A stretch of 64,000 nucleotides of DNA. Origin: an uncultured Gammaproteobacteria bacterium. Lineage in GTDB: Bacteria; Patescibacteriota; Patescibacteriia; S139-126. The translations under genes were made by a program, and so were the position numbers. How positions within the stretch are numbered: position 1 is the first letter of the stretch; each line of letters begins with the position of its first letter. The stretch lies in the NCBI GenBank assembly GCA_964493305.1, contig CAZBLW010000001.1:305484-369483 (forward strand), written 5' to 3'. Positions 61,019 to 64,000 of the stretch are shown piece by piece. The notes beneath the pieces are model-generated. The model saw nothing but the letters and a program-made list of their open reading frames with translations. It was not told where the DNA came from and did not search any database.

Positions 61019-64000
61019 AGGTTTGCCACGCTAGTTCAATTTTTTGTTTAACAGTTTCATTATAACTAATTGAGAAATTAGTGGCAATTTTTCTAGTTTG
61101 TTTAGCTTGTTTGACAACCAGCATTACCTGTTTTTCACCGGGATGATTTAAAAATATGTTTTTTAACTCAGTAATCAATTTAGCCTTGGTTTTGATAGGT
61201 AATTGTAAAAATATTTTTCCATCTGACTGACTAATTTGTAAAGCTGTCTGGGTTTGCTGGTCGCTAGAAGTTTTTTTATTGATTGGGTAATTTCTTTTTA
61301 AATTATCAATATCTAGTTTTCTTATTTCTTCGGCTATAACTTTAATTTCATTGTCTTTATTAGAAACTTTACCTTTGACCAGTATAATTTGACCTTCTAA
61401 CCAAAGTTCACGAGTAGTTTTATATAAATTTGGGAAAACAATAATTTCAGTAGAAGTGGTATAATCTTCAAGACTAACAAATAACATTGTCTCTCCTTTG
61501 CGCGTTATGATTTTTTTGATTTTATCGATCACCCCTACCAATTGGACTGGTTGGTTTAAAAATTTTGGCAATTCTTTACAAGTTATGACTTTAGTTTGTT
61601 GGAGATAAGGAGCTAAACTTTTTAATGGATGAGAGGTAATATATAAACCCAGTAATTCTTTTTCCCAGGATAAATTTTTAGCCTCGCTATTTTTTTCGGC
61701 TGGTTCTAATTTTAAAGTCGGGGCGGATTTAGTTGTGAGACCAAAAATACTAGTTTGTTTTGAACTTTCTGATTTTTTGGCGTACTTATTATATTGTAAT
61801 AATAAATCTAGATTGCTAAGTAATTGACCGCGTTCACCTAGGGTATCAAGAGTACCGGATTTGATAAGTGATTCCAATGATTTTTTATTTAAATCCTTAT
61901 GGTGTACACGAAATAAGAAATCAGCTAAAGACAAGTAGTGTCCATTTTCTTTTCTTTCTTTGATAATTGCTTTAACAATACTCAAACCTACGTTTTTGAT
62001 AGTAGCTAATCCAAAGCGAATACGAGGAGAGTCTGCGGCAATTGTTTTGGCCACAACAGTAAAAGTAGAAAAACTCTCATTGATATCAGGTGGTAAAACT
62101 TCTATACCAATTTTTTTGCATTCCTCAATCTCGGCGGCAACACGATCAAGGTTATTTTGGTTGGCAGTTAGTAGTGCAGCCATAAATTCAGTTGGATAAT
62201 TGGCTTTGAGGTAGGCGGTTTGATAGGCAATCATGGCATAACAGGCAGCATGAGCGCGATTAAAACCGTAACGAGCAAAAGGTAATATAAATTCCCATAT
62301 TTTTTTAGCAGTTTTTTCATTGCAACCGTTATTAATTAGACCATCGATCATTTTCTTTTCTTGTGTATCCAATAATGATTTTATTTTTTTACCTACTGCT
62401 TTTCTTAATACATCAGCTTCAGCGTATGAAAAACCAGCTAACTCTCTGGCGATTTCCATAATTTGTTCTTGGTAGACAGCAATGCCATACGTTTTACTAA
62501 GAATCGGCTCTAAGCGTTTATCTAAGTAGGTAATTTTCTTTTGTCCATGTTTACCCTTGATATAATCATCGATAAATTCCATTGGCCCCGGTCGATACAA
62601 AGAAACCATCGCAATAATATCTTCCAATTCAGTCGGACTGAGAGATTTTAAGTAACGTCGCATCCCGCTTGATTCCAATTGAAATACTCCAGTAGTGTCA
62701 CCGGCTTGTAAAAGTCTGAAGGTTTTTTCGTCACCAATAGGTATTTTTTCAATATCGATTTTATGGTTATGTATTTTTTCAATAATTTCTATCGCCGCTT
62801 CAATCAGAGTTAAATTTTTCAAACCCAGAAAATCCATTTTTAAAAGACCCAGATCTTCCACAGCGTGTAGTGAATATTGAGTAACAATTGTTTTGTCATC
62901 AGAAGCAGCGTGTTGTAATGGTAAATAATTTACTAGTGGTTTAGGGGTTATTACTACGCCACAGGCATGAGTTGAGGTATGACGGGAAATACCTTCCAAT
63001 TTCAGAGCCGTATCAATAATTGTTTTAGCATCTTCTTCGTTGTTGTAAATTTCTTTTAGTTCTGAGACTTCTTGTAGAGCTTCAGTTAAAGTAGTAAACA
63101 TTGGTACCATTTTTGCTAAACGGTCGCAGTAATTGTAAGGAAAACCAAGTACCCGGCCCACATCTCTAATAGCTACCCTGGCAGCCATAGTACCAAAAGT
63201 GATTATTTGGGCGACGTGATCATGACCGTATTTATTTTCCACATAACGTAACACCTCATCACGTCTGGTGTCAGTAAAATCAAGATCAATATCAGGCATG
63301 GAAATACGATCAGGGTTTAAAAACCTTTCAAATAATAAATTGTAGGCCAGGGGGTCGATATTGGTAATATTGGTCAAATAAGCCACAATTGAACCAGCGG
63401 CTGAACCCCGTCCTGGTCCTACGATAATCCCGTTGTTTTTTGCCCAATTTACAAAGTCTTGAACAATCAAGAAATAAGAAGCAAAGCCAGTCTTGTTGAT
63501 GATAGATAATTCATAATTCATTCTGGCTAGTATTTTTTCATCATTTTCTTTTTGCGGGTAACGTTTACTAAGTCCAGCTAAACATAATTTTTTAAGTTCT
63601 GCTTCTGGTGTTATTCCGTTGTCTAAGGCGTAATGGGGGAGTAAGTATTCTCCCATGGGAATTTCCAAATCGCATTGTTCAGCAACCAGTAGAGTATTTG
63701 TAATCACCTCGGGATGATCCCTAAAATCCTGTTTCATTTTTTGAGGTGAGCGAAAAGAAAAATCATCATGTAAATATGAGATTCTATTTTGATCAAATTT
63801 TTTACTTTTGGTTTGTAAACAAATCAATGTGTCATGAGCTTCAGCATCAGCTGTTTCTAGATAATGAACATCATTGGTAGCCACCGCCCTCAAACCATAT
63901 TGATTGGCTAGTTTGTATATTATTTGATTGACTTTGGCTTGGTCCGGTAGACCAGGGTGGTGTTGCACCTCTAAATAATAATTTTCTTTTCCAAAAACGT
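61011..64000 (-). CDS. dnaE: DNA polymerase III alpha subunit; the 5' end (PHP domain) lies beyond the window edge.
   Basis: …GKENYYLEVQHHPGLPDQ… continues open to position 64000. Also GPGRGSAAGS, the polymerase core, and an OB/tau-binding C-terminus. Confidence 0.9.
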   Translation of the reverse strand, partial: VFGKENYYLEVQHHPGLPDQAKVNQIIYKLANQYGLRAVATNDVHYLETADAEAHDTLICLQTKSKKFDQNRISYLHDDFSFRSPQKMKQDFRDHPEVITNTLLVAEQCDLEIPMGEYLLPHYALDNGITPEAELKKLCLAGLSKRYPQKENDEKILARMNYELSIINKTGFASYFLIVQDFVNWAKNNGIIVGPGRGSAAGSIVAYLTNITNIDPLAYNLLFERFLNPDRISMPDIDLDFTDTRRDEVLRYVENKYGHDHVAQIITFGTMAARVAIRDVGRVLGFPYNYCDRLAKMVPMFTTLTEALQEVSELKEIYNNEEDAKTIIDTALKLEGISRHTSTHACGVVITPKPLVNYLPLQHAASDDKTIVTQYSLHAVEDLGLLKMDFLGLKNLTLIEAAIEIIEKIHNHKIDIEKIPIGDEKTFRLLQAGDTTGVFQLESSGMRRYLKSLSPTELEDIIAMVSLYRPGPMEFIDDYIKGKHGQKKITYLDKRLEPILSKTYGIAVYQEQIMEIARELAGFSYAEADVLRKAVGKKIKSLLDTQEKKMIDGLINNGCNEKTAKKIWEFILPFARYGFNRAHAACYAMIAYQTAYLKANYPTEFMAALLTANQNNLDRVAAEIEECKKIGIEVLPPDINESFSTFTVVAKTIAADSPRIRFGLATIKNVGLSIVKAIIKERKENGHYLSLADFLFRVHHKDLNKKSLESLIKSGTLDTLGERGQLLSNLDLLLQYNKYAKKSESSKQTSIFGLTTKSAPTLKLEPAEKNSEAKNLSWEKELLGLYITSHPLKSLAPYLQQTKVITCKELPKFLNQPVQLVGVIDKIKKIITRKGETMLFVSLEDYTTSTEIIVFPNLYKTTRELWLEGQIILVKGKVSNKDNEIKVIAEEIRKLDIDNLKRNYPINKKTSSDQQTQTALQISQSDGKIFLQLPIKTKAKLITELKNIFLNHPGEKQVMLVVKQAKQTRKIATNFSISYNETVKQKIELAWQTYG

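Overview
The window is a 64 kb AT-rich (about one-third GC by eye), gene-dense bacterial chromosomal segment with an almost entirely housekeeping gene set. Gene content and style (tight or overlapping gene junctions, type IV pilin, alpha2-type GlyRS, minimal ATP synthase, group-3-like NiFe hydrogenase) are consistent with a Candidate Phyla Radiation / Patescibacteria-like genome; this assignment is inference. Genes run mostly on the + strand up to about 54.4 kb and then on the - strand. Recognisable content: tgt; a membrane-anchored Clp/Hsp100 ATPase; a compact [NiFe]-hydrogenase locus (hypC, DMT permease, unknown ORF, HycI-like protease, large and small subunits); rarA; a type IV pilin; a Hef/RIG-I-family DEAH helicase; glyQS; an M16 peptidase; AI-2E permease, rsmI, metG, cvpA, tatD, rmuC; a complete F1Fo ATP synthase operon (atpZ-like, B, E, F, H, A, G, D, C); a beta-carbonic-anhydrase-like ORF; a UvrD-type helicase fused to a Cas4-like PD-(D/E)XK nuclease; a cation/proton antiporter; pheST, gyrB, secE-nusG-rplK-rplA; a dTMP-synthesis island (dCMP deaminase, dNMP kinase-like, dut, thyA, folA, tmk); gatB; miaB-miaA; thrS; and the 3' ~2.9 kb of dnaE. 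No rRNA, tRNA, CRISPR, integrase or transposase was recognised. The main non-housekeeping signals are: (i) the two-subunit hydrogenase with co-operonic unknown genes; (ii) a family of heptanucleotide (TTAAGAA-like) tandem-repeat elements found in intergenic DNA and, in frame, inside miaA and the UvrD-like helicase; (iii) a structured, GC-enriched 280-nt non-coding region flanked by terminators; (iv) a duplicated promoter cassette; (v) a Clp ATPase with N-terminal transmembrane segments and a degenerate D1 Walker B.
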